A stretch of 64,000 bases of DNA. It comes from Camelus dromedarius. Taxonomy: Eukaryota. Under the pieces are notes generated by a model. It was not told the origin of the DNA. It saw only the letters and a program-made list of their open reading frames with translations, and ran no database searches. The stretch spans positions 60,452,001-60,516,000 of the forward strand of contig NC_087436.1 of NCBI RefSeq assembly GCF_036321535.1, read 5' to 3'. Below, piece after piece: positions 1-13,430 of this stretch. Position 1 is the stretch's first letter. Each line of letters opens with the position of its first letter. A program made the translations under genes and the position numbers.

Positions 1-129
1 TACTTGAAAGAGTTAATCTAAAAAATCTTTAAGACTAATTTTTTTGCACACTTTAAGAAATAGCAATATTTTCTTTTCCTTCTTGAAGAAAGTTGTCTGG
101 TCATTGAGTGATTATCATTAATGCATTAA

Positions 130-3100
130 TGACTTCTGCTTCTGGAAATATGGAATAGGTGTACTTTTCCCTATTCTTCCTGTTAAGTACACCTAAAAAT
201 CCTGGACACTATATGTGAAACAAACATAAGAAGACTCTAAAAGGTGAAGAAAAGAAGGCAGACTGGCTAGGAGACCCGAGGAAAACACAGCATTGGGTTC
301 TCTGGATTTCCTTTTTGCCTCATATATCCTAGACTGGGTTCTGGAGAAATTGGCACACTAGAAACATCTACGACATAAACAACCAAAGCCACAAGAAAAG
401 CCAAAGGACCAGGAAATGGTCAGCCTAGACAGAAAGAAATCTTTCTAGACAGTAACTGCTCTACTCCCACCAAATATCACAGAAAAAAACTGTGGTGCTG
501 CCCCTGTCCCTGCCAGCAAAGGCTGAATGGAGAGCTTAGATTTCCACATTCACAAGGTTATAACAGGCAGCCTCAGCCCCCATCCCTTCCCTGGGGTAGT
601 GACAGAGAAGTCCAACAGAGGAGCCAGAAATTTCATCATCAAGAATACTCCACTAAGTCACTGCCATAACCCAATAAGACTGGGTAAAGGACAAGAGAAC
701 TGGAAAAAACATAAACCAAACCCTAAGGCATGCCAAGTCTTCACTGGGTACATGTCCATAGTCTCCCAAAGGCTGGAGATAAGGCAAAGGTTGGAGAAAT
801 ACAGAAATTCAGGGGCAGGTGTGGGAAAAAAGAATTCATCAGAGATTTAAAAAAAAAAGATTTTTTTACAGTAAAGTTCAGATCTCCGACAGTGTTTTCA
901 TCAACTCCTCTTCACTCCACTCCACTGGAGAGAAAGGAATTCCCACCCTAGGGTTATGGGGCTAGCTGAACACATGACACCCAACACTGAACAGATGAGA
1001 TTGGTAGCAGTTTGCACATATACTCACAGCCCTGGGGAGGAAGACACCACACACCACACAGGGCCACACAGGGCTTGCACTCCAGAACACAACAGTAAGA
1101 GGCAGGCTTTTTAATGTGAAGAGTGAGGGTTGCCCCTGGCTCTCACTGGAGGATGCAACTGGCTTGCTTGAATAATTCTATGGGCTGTCAGGGAATTGAA
1201 ACCCACACTCAAGGACAAGCAGGAAATATGCCTGGTCTCCTTGATAAAGAGAATTGTTTGGCCAGGGGACCTTATCCACTGGAGCAGAGTGGAAAAGGGA
1301 ACTTGTGGTTAGGCCATACTCTGGGTGTCACATATCAAGGCAGCATATAATAGTACAACTTAATTTTAGACCTTATACCACACAAAGTTCAGAGAGCTTT
1401 TTTTTTTTTTTTTTTTGGCATCATAAAGGATGACAGACTCTTCCAGAGTTTTGCTTGTGCTCAGATCTCAAGCTTAGTTAAAAAGAAAATCCTGATCATG
1501 CTCTTAAAGTATTTAAAAACTGTGGTAAGTTAAAACTATAAAAGATACAACAACTTTAGATTAGACACAGCTCAACTACAAACTGGTGCAACTCAGCCCC
1601 AAAACCAGAGGCCAGATAGGAGAAAGAGTATCCCCTTTCCTGAGGCGAATATTATTTACTAAAGTTCTTTTACACGTAATGCCTCTTGAAAATTATGAGA
1701 CAAACAAAGAAACAAAAAATGTGACCTATAGTCAAGAAAGAAAACATTAATAGAAAAAGACTCAGAAAAGGCTCAGCTAGCTATTAGGGACAGAGAATTT
1801 AGTGTAACTATGCTAGAATGAGAGCAATATGTCTGAACACAAAGGGAGTTTCAGCAGAGGCAAAAAAACTATAAAGAAAATAGAAATGCTAGGAATAGAA
1901 AATATGATATCAGAAATAAAGAATTAATTTGATAAGCTGAATAGCACCGTGGAAATATCAAAGAGAACAATTGCCTAACTTGAAGACAGGTCAAAAGGAA
2001 ATTGTTCAAACTGAAAAACTAAAAAGATAAATATGTAGACAAAAGGAACAGTGTCTGAGATCTGCAAAACATTTTCATTTGGTGTGACATACATATAATT
2101 GAAGTAAATAAAATAAAAACTAAAGGAGAAAAGAAAGAAATTAGGACAAAAGATAAAATTTTAAAAGATAATAGATTCTTCCAAGATTGCTCAAACACAT
2201 TAACCCAATCACTAAAGAAGTTCAGAAAACCCCAAGAAGGAAACTGTGCCTGGACATATTGTAAGTAAAATCTTGAAACACCAAAGAAAATATTAAAAGC
2301 ATTAAATAATTTTTTAAAAGCCACATTACATAAAGGATACAACAATTATGGTTGACTTTTCATTAAATACAATGAGAGAAGACAATGGAATGACATCTTT
2401 GATGTACTCAAAAGAAAAAAGTAATCTGTTAATTTAGAATTATGTATCTATCCAGTAAAAATATCCCTAAAAGTGAAGGAAAAATAAAGACATCTTTAGA
2501 AGGCAAAACCTGAAAGGTTTTGTCTCCAGAAGACCTACATGTCAATATATTTGACAATTTAAATGAAGAGGATATATTACTTTTTAAAAAAAATTTACTA
2601 AAATTGATAGAAAGAACCATAAGCAAATCTAAAAAGATTCATTCATAATAAGCTTTCCAACAAATAAAACTCCAGGCCCAGATGGCTTCACTATTAACTT
2701 CTGTCAAATACTTAAAGAAGCACTATCATGAGTCTTCATGAACTCTTTCCAAAAATAGAAGAGGAAACAATATATTCAATCTCGATTCATCAGGTAAGAA
2801 AAACATCAATACCAAGTATTGCAAGGCCAAATACTTCAATAAAAACAAACCACAGACTAATATCCTTCATGGACATGAAAACAAAAATACTCGTAACTAA
2901 ATATTGGCCCTTTGTAAAATACTATTATATCATGACTCCATGGGGATTATTATAGGAATTCAAGGTTGGTTCATGTTAAAATCCCTCTACATATTAGGAA
3001 TAGAAGGGCATCAATAAAAAAAACTGCAGATGACATCTCTATTAATCATGAAACACTGAATGCTTTTCCCCTGATATAAAGAACAGCAAAAAAAAATTTT

Positions 3101-4790
3101 TTTTTAAATCTTAATAACTTCTACTCACTCTTATATTGGAAGTTCTAGTCAGTGCAACAAGGCAAACAAAAGAAACAAAAGTAGGGTGACTGGAAAGGAA
3201 AAGTAAAATGCTGTTATATAGAGATAGAGATGACATACCCATGTACATAGCACCTCTGTGTAATCCTCAAAAATTAAAAAAAAAAAAAAACTGATCTACT
3301 AATTAATGAATTTAGGCAAGTTCACAATACAATTGGGTCTAAAAGGGTCAGGCAGTTTTCAAAAAGAACTAAAATGAATAGCTGACACTACATGATTTCA
3401 AGACAATCTATAATAAGAATAAAGTCATTTTGTTATTCCAAATAATTTAAGGCTAAGAGAGTTTTCTCTAAAATTAGAACACCTGAAAGAAATAGTCTAG
3501 AAATCAATCCACAGTGATTTTGGACAAAGGCACTGTCAATTCAACAATAAAAAAATCTTATTAATAAAAGACACTGGAACAAATAAATATATAAGTTTTA
3601 AAAAATGACCCTTTAATGCCAATACACTCCAAACCCAAAATTAATTTAAAAAGAATCATAGACTAAATTTAAAAACTAAACCATAACCTTCAAGAAACAA
3701 ACATTAAGAGAATATCCTTATGATCTTGGTATAGAGAAAGATTTCTTTGATAGGATACAGAAACCATGAACTATAAGAAATTAATACATTGAACCCCTTT
3801 AAAATTAAAAACTTCAGCTCATCAAAGGATACAACTAAGGAAATGCATAGCAAGCCCCACATTGGAGAAAATAATAGGAATTTAGACATTTGAACAAGTT
3901 ACCTATTTAGAATATAAAATGAATTCCTATAAATCAATAATAAAAAAACAAATGATCTAATAAATTGACAAAAGCCTTGAACAGACACAGAACAAAAAAA
4001 TACACAAATGGGCAACATCAAAAGGTGCCCAGCAATTTTAGTTATCAGAGCAAGGCAAAACAATTAAAACTAGAATGAGATACCAGTTCACTACCATTAG
4101 CAGAACTAAAACTTAACGAGTGTCACAACATCAAATCCTGGAAGGGACTAAAGCAGTCAGAACTCTTGTATGTTTCCAGTAGAAATGTAAAATAGTACTA
4201 CCACTTTGGAGAACAGTGTGACAATTTTAAAGTTAAATATCCATCTCACCCTTGACAAAGGAATTTTACATTGATATATTTACCTGGGAGAAACAAAAAC
4301 ATGTCCACAAAAAGACATGTACAGGAGTATTCAGAACAGCCTTACTCATAATAGTGGCCCCAAACTGGAAACAACCCAAATGTCCATTAAGAGAAGAAGA
4401 TATAAATCAAGAGTGAAATATTCAAACAATAGAACACTACTCTGCATTAAAAAGGAATGAAATACTGATATATACAATAACATGAATGAATCTCAAAGTC
4501 AATATGTTGAGTGAGAGATTTGAGACAGAAAAGAACATCTGTTACAGTTCTATGTGTGTGAGATCCAAGACCAGGAAGTACTCATTTATGGTGGTAGAAA
4601 TCAGAAAGTCGTTTTTTTCTGGAGGTAGGAGGGTTTATTGGAAAAGGACATGAAAGATATTTCTTAGATGATTGATATATTTTATATTTTGCTTTGGGTT
4701 GAGGGTACTGAATATATAAAATTGTTAAATCATTGAACTGAACACTGAAGAGCTGTACATTTTATTGTAGGTAATTTACACATTAAGTTT
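130..4790 (+). mobile_element. Ancient decayed LINE-1 (L1M-type): 5' region, ORF1 remnant, ORF2 RT/C-terminal remnant, 3'UTR; interrupted by an LTR
   Basis: A-rich strand; ORF1-end-like gaaggaaaaataaagacat (~2475); aaaactccaggcccagatggcttcact (KTPGPDGFT) at ~2666; aaactggaaacaacccaaatgtcca at ~4362; many stops and frameshifts. Confidence 0.85.
820..1382. mobile_element. Solo LTR (ERV class, family not assigned) inserted in the L1
   Basis: TGTGG...CCACA termini, ~560 bp, composition differs from the flanking L1. Confidence 0.55.
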
Positions 4791-7700
4791 TTTAAGTGTA
4801 AGAGAATTTAATAAGCTTAAAATCAAGAATGTTCACCCCTGCCCAGCAGTGTGTTGAACTTTCTCAAATTAAGTGTACAATCTTTCCTTTATCAAATACA
4901 ACAAATCTAATACTTACATTCATTTGTAGAGCAGAAATCTCCTCCAGGGCAGAAAGTCATTTTAAATTAAACTGATGTTTACCAAAAATTTAATATGTCT
5001 AGAACATAAAATGAAGGGAAAAATATAGTAGGACACTGAAAAAATTTCACTGTTAAAATCAGGATTAAAATCCAGGTTTTCTAAGACCAAGTCAGTGGTC
5101 TTTGTATATGTAACACTGTCTTCGTATGCATTCTCTTAAAACCATCTAAACCCAGTTAAATTTAGAGATAAGAAGATTTGTTCTAATTTTATTAAAGTGG
5201 GGAAAATGTTAATTCCTGTTTCTAACTGTATATACATATATATCAACATATATATTTATTGTTAAGTCCAAATAATGTTGATAAAAATGATTCAGTATCA
5301 GGAATGTGGATTTATAAAAAGACAGCAACAGCAAAGACCTAATAATAGTAGTTGACTAGCAAATCCAACAATTCTTTTTATGTTTTTTTAACTGTAACAA
5401 AACTCAGAAAGACGAAAAGCCAATAATATCCCCCTACCTTAGAGGAATTAAAGAAGAATGGTCATTCAACTGAAATGCGATTATGACATATATATATCAC
5501 CAAAATATAAAAGTAATTTTTCTGAGAGGGTTGCCTTTCTAAAACAGCAGGAAAATAGTTAATAGAATACCCTAATTTAAAGTAAACTTTGCTTAAATGT
5601 AGAGATATCCCAGCTGCTAATAAACTCTCATTAGTAATAAATTTAGGAAATGACCAGATGTTGTAAACAAGTGGTATAATCAGAACAAAAATAGCTCACA
5701 AAGCACTTTACAGTCATCTGAAGGATTCTCAGCAGTTGTGATGCATAACTTATTATACTCAACTCCTTCATTAGTTGTATCATTACTGTTCAGTTTCCAA
5801 ATGCAAAATTATAAATGGAAAGGTAGGCCTGTAGAAGTGGATTCAGTACACAACTTACAGTAATAATCAATGGATTGAAGAAGGTGTACAGCACTTAACT
5901 GGGTAAAAATGTAAATCAATGCTAGTTGAGCCATTACTAGAGTAGTAATAACAGCCCTGATTAGATAGAATAAGACATCTTACATTTACCATGGGCAACT
6001 TTGACAAACAAAAAACACCTTTAACGTTACTGTCTCAATCCTTCATTAAAAAAGAAAAAAAAAGCATATAATTCATTCATACACACAAAGCACTCACACA
6101 AAATGAGAACACTCGCTTTTACAGGTAGAAGAAGTCATTTTGACAAAACAAGTACATCTAACAGTGATTCTCAAATTTCAAAGATTTGTATGTCCTAACT
6201 AGAAAACAGCCACATTCCTTTGGGTTCCTTTAATATCTTAGAATAAATAATTCCTAAATTAAAGAAAAATGTATCAAATGTGTTTGCTTCAACTTTACAA
6301 ATACAATTTTAAAGTATGTATTTGCCAGATTGGAATTTAAATATAACTAGACACTTGCATACACTCTGATAGAATCAGGAAATTGCCTCTATTGGGAGTT
6401 AGTTCATTGCTTAGTTTACTGTATGCAAATCAGTTTATCACTGGCTAAGCAGGAAAGGGAATAACCCATTAAGGAAAAAAAAATGGCAGAAAACTATCCC
6501 TTTTCTCCAAATACTTTAACTATTTCTTTCAGAACCATAGACAGTACAGTGTAGAAAGAAGGCAGCATGGCAAAGAGTCTCAAGTGTGAACCTGAGATCT
6601 TCTCATCCTTGCTCTGTCATGGATTGCTGTTATGATCTTAGACAGGACCCTGGATCTTGCCAAGCTTCAGTTATCTCCTCTGTATTCTGCTGCTGATGAC
6701 ATGGGTCAGTGCACATGAGACTTTTTATACAATGGAAGGTACTATATTGGTCAAAGTTGTGATATTACCATATCAAGAAATCAGAGCTATATTTTATCAA
6801 TCCTATGCTTAATTTCCATTAAATTTTCTTTACTTTTGCCATAGGAAGAGCCTGGACCCACCTATTCTTGAATTCCTTTGATCTTCAAGGAAGGATTGTT
6901 CTTACTCAAAGCACCAGAATGCCTTCTGTGTGGTTCACTTGTTTTATAAATTGGTTTTGAACAGATTATAAATTTTCTAGTTTCCCTTCTCAGGCCAATA
7001 GTAAGGCAGATTAACTCTGATTTAATTTCTCCTGATAACTTTAATTGTTAGCTCAGTACACACTAATTTTGTGCCAAGTGTTATCTTAAGTGGCATATAA
7101 ACTGTATTACTTAATTTCTCTAACACCCCTGCCACTGTGACTTATAATCCCCATTTTACCAAGATGTCAAGGAACTGCCCAAGGTATGGCAGCTGAAAAG
7201 TGACAGAACTGTCTTTTGAGCCCAGGTCCTTTAACTCTGAGGCTTTGTCCTCTCCCCAGGGCACCCTGATCTCATGCCTCAATTTAGATTCTTAGTTTTT
7301 GTTGATACACAGAGGTCAATTTCTGTTATATTAGCAAGCTGGTGGAAATAGCTAACCCAGAGCTTGCTTTCGAAAGAAAAGAGAGCAATCATATCTGCAA
7401 ATGCACCAGCTGTCCTTCCCCATGGTTTCTACACCCAGAGCAGTGAGAATATCTGTAACATTAAAGGCAGCAACATTCTACGTCCAAAAGATGAACAGTT
7501 TCACAGTACAAAGTCTACTGATTTAGTAGTTGATTAGTCTATCAACTAAAGAAATAACTAAATAATTGTGCCATAAGCAATAATAACACAATAAGAATTT
7601 TCTACATAAACGATTTTCTTCAGGGTATTTTCATATATATTATTAAATTCTGCCAGAAATTTTTCTCTACTCACGCTCCTCCTGGATTATGGTAAGTGCC

Positions 7701-7887
7701 ACGCAGTTTAAAGGAAAATTAATGCTTTAAAAAATGAATTCATTGTATGTTCCACAAAGTGCTAACACTATTAATACTCAAAATAGACCTGTAATCTCAT
7801 CAGAGGCAACTATAGCAAACTTCTGGTTAAAAAAAAAATTCTTTCAAGCAGAATGTTAATTTAGAAACAATCCTTGGTAGCGCTTAC

Positions 7888-8050
7888 CTTAATATTCTTT
7901 GCCCATGGATATAAACTAGATGCTCACGTGTGGAACCTCTGTTGGCCTCTTTGTAGGCTGTCTCCAAATAGTCACTTATTTTCAGAACCAGAGAAACAGG
8001 AGCTGGAGAGGGGTTGGGGGAGAAAAGCACCCTCACAATAGCCCTGCGGC
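7888..8050 (-). other. Candidate distal non-coding first exon of the divergent neighbour gene (MMRN1 by synteny)
   Basis: Minus-strand consensus donor AAG|GTAAGC (intron starts 7887) in non-repetitive, locally GC-richer DNA ~41 kb from the SNCA promoter; MMRN1 lies head-to-head with SNCA in mammals; no MMRN1 coding sequence recognised. Confidence 0.35.
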
Positions 8051-9609
8051 TATTCTCTGGTGAGTGCCTAGCAACAGAAGCCCGGAGGCCAAGAAACTAA
8101 GATGCCTGAGGGCACTGACCCCCCAGCCAGCCTCCTGTCCTCTGACTGTTGCAGGAGCCCAGAGCTCTTACTGAAAAGTGTTATCCAACCTGGAGGTTTA
8201 GTCGCCACTGTGATGAAAGTGTTCTGAGGGATGTAAGGCGAAGAGAGTTTTCTCAGAATTCTTGATGGCATTATATTTTGTTAATTAAGAATATTGAAGC
8301 CTGTCTTGAAAACAGACGTAACATATAAATCTTATCTATTAAGATGTAGACTTAATTGTATCAGATTTAGAAACAAGAAGAAAGTGGTGTAAGCCGGGGT
8401 AATCTATGCTAGCTTTTTTTTTTTTTTTTTTTTTTTGGTTAACACCATTATTGCAGGCCTGGGTTGCTTTACTGAGAGCCTTTCATATTCAGCCATACCT
8501 CACTGATAAAATCTGCTCTAATTCTTTGCTAAAGCATTCTGCAGTTTCTTATACAGCTGCAGTAAGCGGGTGGAAAGTGAGTTCTTGGGAGTCTGCATCT
8601 CAGACAGAACTTTTCTGGAGCATGGAGAAATTTCAGTCAGCTGCATCTCTTTACACTTCTGCCTCTGTTTCAGCATTTGTTACATTTCTTCTGTTAAGTA
8701 AATGTATCTTCCTCTGCAAGCCCGCCTGAAGGGCCCTGTGCTTTGTTGTCTTTTTAATACCTCAGGCCCAATCTTGCACATGATTGGTGATCAATAAACA
8801 TGTGTTGTTCGCTCTTGTAGCTGAAAGCAGTGGAAGCTTTGACATAAGTTTGAGTTCAGTCCCCATGTATATTTTGCTTCCTTAGAGATCTTTCTCTCTC
8901 TGATCAGCTGGAACTCCCAACTAAGGAGTTTCCTGTTTAAAAAAAAAAAAAGTCTCCAGATTTTACCACATTCAGATCTCTGTCTAAAACACTTTTAGAG
9001 GTTGAGAGGCATATGGATGGACGTATACCTAAATTCCAGTGAGTTTTCAATGTTCTTGTTTTGACATATACACACAGTCTATTTAGCAAAAACAAAACAA
9101 AACAAAAAAACCCCAAATAGAAGTATTCTTTTTTTTTCATTTAAAACCCATTTATAGTTCAAATATTTGCATGCCTTGTGTACAAAAATGACTTATACTT
9201 CAAGAGGAGAAAGAATAGTAAGAGTAGTCATGAGTGTTGACTCCATGGAGTCAGTCAAATATGAATTCAGCTGACTCTTACCATTTATTTGCTATATCTT
9301 AGGCAAGCCACTTAGTTTTCTTACCTCTTAAATCGAATGTACATAATAATGCTTTCTTTACACATCGTAGTCTCTACTAAATTGACTCGGATCTTTCAGT
9401 CTTTCCTAATTCTTGACATAGGTTGGCATAACCCATTTTCTGCCTTTACATCCTCAGAAGCCCAAGTGCTTTACATCCTCTCTAGTGTAGCTTAGTCAAC
9501 TCAGTATCTCCCCATCTTTGCATCTACTTCTGTTCCTGCATGACTCCAAGACACACAAAGACATGCAGAATGTCTTCATATTTTTAGTGACTTTATAATA
9601 TTGCTCACT

Positions 9610-10300
9610 TAAAAACTGATATAATTCACATGCTATAAAATTTACCCTTTTGAAGTCTACAGTTCATTGGTTTTTAGTGTATTCACAAGGTTATACAACC
9701 ATCACCATTATCTATTTCCAGAATATTTTCATCATGCCATAAAGAAATCCCGTACCCATGCAGTACATCCCTAAAACCCCCAGCCAACATACCTTCTATC
9801 AGTATGAATTTGCCTATTCTATACGTTTTGTATAAATGGAATCATACAATATGTGGCCTTATGTGTCTGGCTTCTTTCACTTTCATAATGTTTTCTAGGT
9901 TCATTCCTGCTGTAGCAGGTACCAGCACTTTATTGTTTTCTTAGGCTGAATAATGTTCAATTGCGTGTATATACTACATTTTGTTTATCCACTCAACAGT
10001 TAAGGGAGATTTAGGTTATGTTTTCTTTTTGAGCTATAAAAAAGGCTATAATAAATAATGCTGCTATGAGCATTTGTGTATAAATTTCTGCAGACATATG
10101 TCTTAATTCACCTAAGAGTAGAATTGCTGATAAAGTAACTCTATGTTTAGCTCTTTGGGGAAATGTCAGATATTTCTTTCAAAAAGATTACACCTTTTTA
10201 CACATCCACCAGCATAGTATGCAGGGTTCCATATTCTCCACATCCTCACCAGCACCTGTAATTGTCTTTTTGATGATAGTCATTCTATTGGGTGGGAAGC
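9610..10300 (-). mobile_element. LINE-1 3' end fragment (L1MB-like)
   Basis: Typical antisense L1 3' text: ggtttttagtgtattcacaaggttatacaaccatcacc, aatggaatcatacaatatgtggcc, ataatgctgctatgagcatt. Confidence 0.85.
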
Positions 10301-11379
10301 AACATTATTTTTGTATCCTGCTCTTAAACACAGAACACAACAGGAGGCAAGGAAAATATTTTTAATTGTTACCAAATTACTCCAAAATTCTATTCCCTTT
10401 TCTGGTAATGTTCTTTCCACATCTTATTTGCCTTTCTCGACTACACACACACTTTTCATTTGCTGCCCTTTTGAAGACTTAACTAATGCTTCTAACTCAT
10501 AGTTATTTATTTATTTATTTTTTTGTCCTGAACTTTATGTCACTTACTTTATGTCCATGCTGCTCATTTATTTACTGCTTTGCTTTATTATCTTCTTATT
10601 CATACACCTTATCTTCCCAACTCTATCTGTTTGTTGTTTGATGTATAGAACCATGCCTCATACTTCTGATTATCTCCTATAGCACTTAGCATATACCCAA
10701 ATTTATTTAGTGGAGCCAAAGTAAAAGCCTTTGGATATTGTTTTATTATTAATTTGGGAATAGCACACTTTCCTGATTTTCTCTTGGCTTTTTTCTACAT
10801 TATTTTCTAAATACGTCAAGCATTATTTTAGCATCAAAGTTTAGATATTCTTAACTCAAAATATTTATTGTCACACTTTTCATTCTATAGTCTTTTAGGA
10901 TGTAAGGCAAAACATTTTTGATAAAATGAAATGAAGTATTTCTTTCAAGTAAATTTTTAGCCCTTTAAAATTATCTGTCTACTCTAAGGCCATTTTTAAT
11001 AACCTGAGTAGTTTTGTTAAGATTTGGTAAATTATTTTTAAGATACCATTTGATTTGTGTTTCAGTGAACCATCAGGTAATATTAACTAAAATAGATAAA
11101 ATAAAAAAATTTAAAGTTGGCATAATCATATATTGCTATTTTTAATAGAGTTCTGTGTTGATGTAAATATGGAGAAAGAAAGGAAGAAAGGAAATCCTTC
11201 CTAAACTTTGTGCATAACATAACCCATTTCTCTGGTTTTTACAGAAAACCAGTGGGGACTATACTCCACATGTCCACTTCTTCATCCCCTAGTCTTTCCA
11301 CACCCACCCCCCTGACCGGAAAGAAAGGTTTCTATTGCTTCTTATTTCAATGGAATTAATTATTCTCAAGCTCCCCTTG

Positions 11380-12470
11380 ATCTGGCTCCATGGTAACCTC
11401 TTTTTGCCAAATAATAATGGTCAATTCTCAGGCTTTCTCTTATTCTAATGATCAGCAGCATTTCACATGGTTAGTAATCCCATCTTTCTGGAAATGCTTT
11501 CTTTGCTTGGAATGTGGAAAATAAGATTGCCTTGCATTTTTATCTTACCTCATTGGCCACTCTTTCTCGGTCTTTTCCTTACTCCTCCTATGCTCCCCAA
11601 CAGCTGAAGTTAGAATGTCCCCTAGCTTAGTACAGTATATGTCCTCTGCACTCCCTAATCTCCAGCTAGTACTAAAAGATCAGCTCGTATATCAAGATTT
11701 TTAATACCACCTATGTCCATTTAAGTCTGAAATTTATGTCTCTAATTCAATATTTTCCCTCTGAACTCTCCACAGCCATAGAAAATTATGTGCTTAAAAT
11801 ATTCACTTAGGTGTCTAATGGGTAAGTTCAAAACCAAGCTTTTTATTTTTCTACCCTCATATTAAAAAACAGAACGCAATACCTCTTCTCCGGCTGTCTC
11901 ATTCATAGTAAAGGACCACAATTCACCCAATTGCTTTCTCTCACCATTCACATCTAACACACAAACAAAAGTGATACCTCTACTTTTGAAATATATTTAG
12001 AATGTAACTCATTCCTATGACCTCCACTATTTCCAACTTAGTGTAAGCCACAGTCTTCTCTCTCCTAGACTGTTGTGGTTCTCACCTCTACACTGGCTAC
12101 ACTATTATAAGTACTGCACAACAGAGTGAATTTTTGAAATGTAAGTCATATTCTAAAACTGCTTCTCAAAACTATACAGTAACTTCCTAGTACACTCACT
12201 GTAAAATCCAAATTCTTTGTCATCATCTTCAGGGCTCCTCACAACTCTCTGCCTCATCTCATTGCCTAGAACGCTCCATCTCCATTCTCTTAGCTATATT
12301 GATGCTCTTCCTGCTATGAAATCACATCAAGCTAATCCTATTTCAGGACTTTTAATTTACTGTTTCCTCTGGTTTCATCTCTGTGGGCTTTGCTCCCTTA
12401 CATTTACATCTTTTCTGACATGTATCACCTTTTCCAAATGTCCTTTTATGACTAATCTATTAATCTATCC
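11380..12470 (+). mobile_element. LINE-2 ORF2/3' remnant
   Basis: aatggtcaattctcagg...cagcagcatttcacatggtt resembles the L2 RT DLSAAFDTV region; pyrimidine-rich L2-like text follows. Confidence 0.75.
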
Positions 12471-13259
12471 ATGTGTATCAGTCATAGTTCTTAGTTGCAA
12501 ATCATAGAATTCACTATGGGCAGCTTAAGAAGAAATATATGTATTAAAAGATATTAAGTAATACACATTACACCAATACCACAGCTCATATCAATGAAGC
12601 CAGGATCCCATTTACATGAATATTTTGAGAAAATAAATACCATAAATTGCCAGTACTGTTCTCTAGACTTTGTACCACCACATCTATGAAGAAATTCAGT
12701 GTACTGAATGAAACAAATATCTTTAGGACGTTCAATTCCGTATTGAAATCTTATGTCAGCGAATCTGTTGACAGAATCCAAGATATTGCCTGCATCCTAG
12801 ATGACAGGTAGCTGAAAAAGTAAGTTTTCTTTTTTCTATTTTGGGGAAGATCAAAACTCGTAATGGAGAAAATTAACAAAATGTAATGCGAGTGCTCAAA
12901 AATATTGGTCATCCTTAAATGACGTGTTCATTGTACATGTAAATGGCATGTATTCCCCACTCCCTTTTTTTTTTTACTGCGCTATCATTCTCTGATATTG
13001 TAGGCTAAGCCTATTTATTGCCTGGTTTTCTAACTATTGAAAAACAAGGTCCCTGAGAGCAAAAACTTTGTGCGCTTATATCACTGTATATTCAACTCCA
13101 AGATGACACTCTTTGATATTCTATGATTCTGTTAGCACATAGGTAGACATACTTTTCAACTTGGAATTGAATACCATGAAGACTATTTCTCATTTAAGTC
13201 ATTGACTTTCTTGAAAGACAGAGGTGTCTGTGTCTTCAAGAGCAGTATTAGCAAAGTAT

Positions 13260-13430
13260 CTGGCATCCAAGTTAATCTCACTTTGCCATCCTCAGTTGCC
13301 TCATCAGTAGAGTGGAGAGCCCAGAAGCACCTGCTTCATAGGACTGTAGTGAAATATAAATGAAATCACCTAGGACTTAGCAAAAGGCTTTCCAACTGGA
13401 AAATGGTTAATAAATATTAGATTAAGTTAT
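13260..13430 (+). mobile_element. MIR SINE remnant
   Basis: caagttaatctc...cctcagttgcctcatcagtagagtggag...acctgcttcataggactgtagtga, MIR core-like. Confidence 0.65.
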
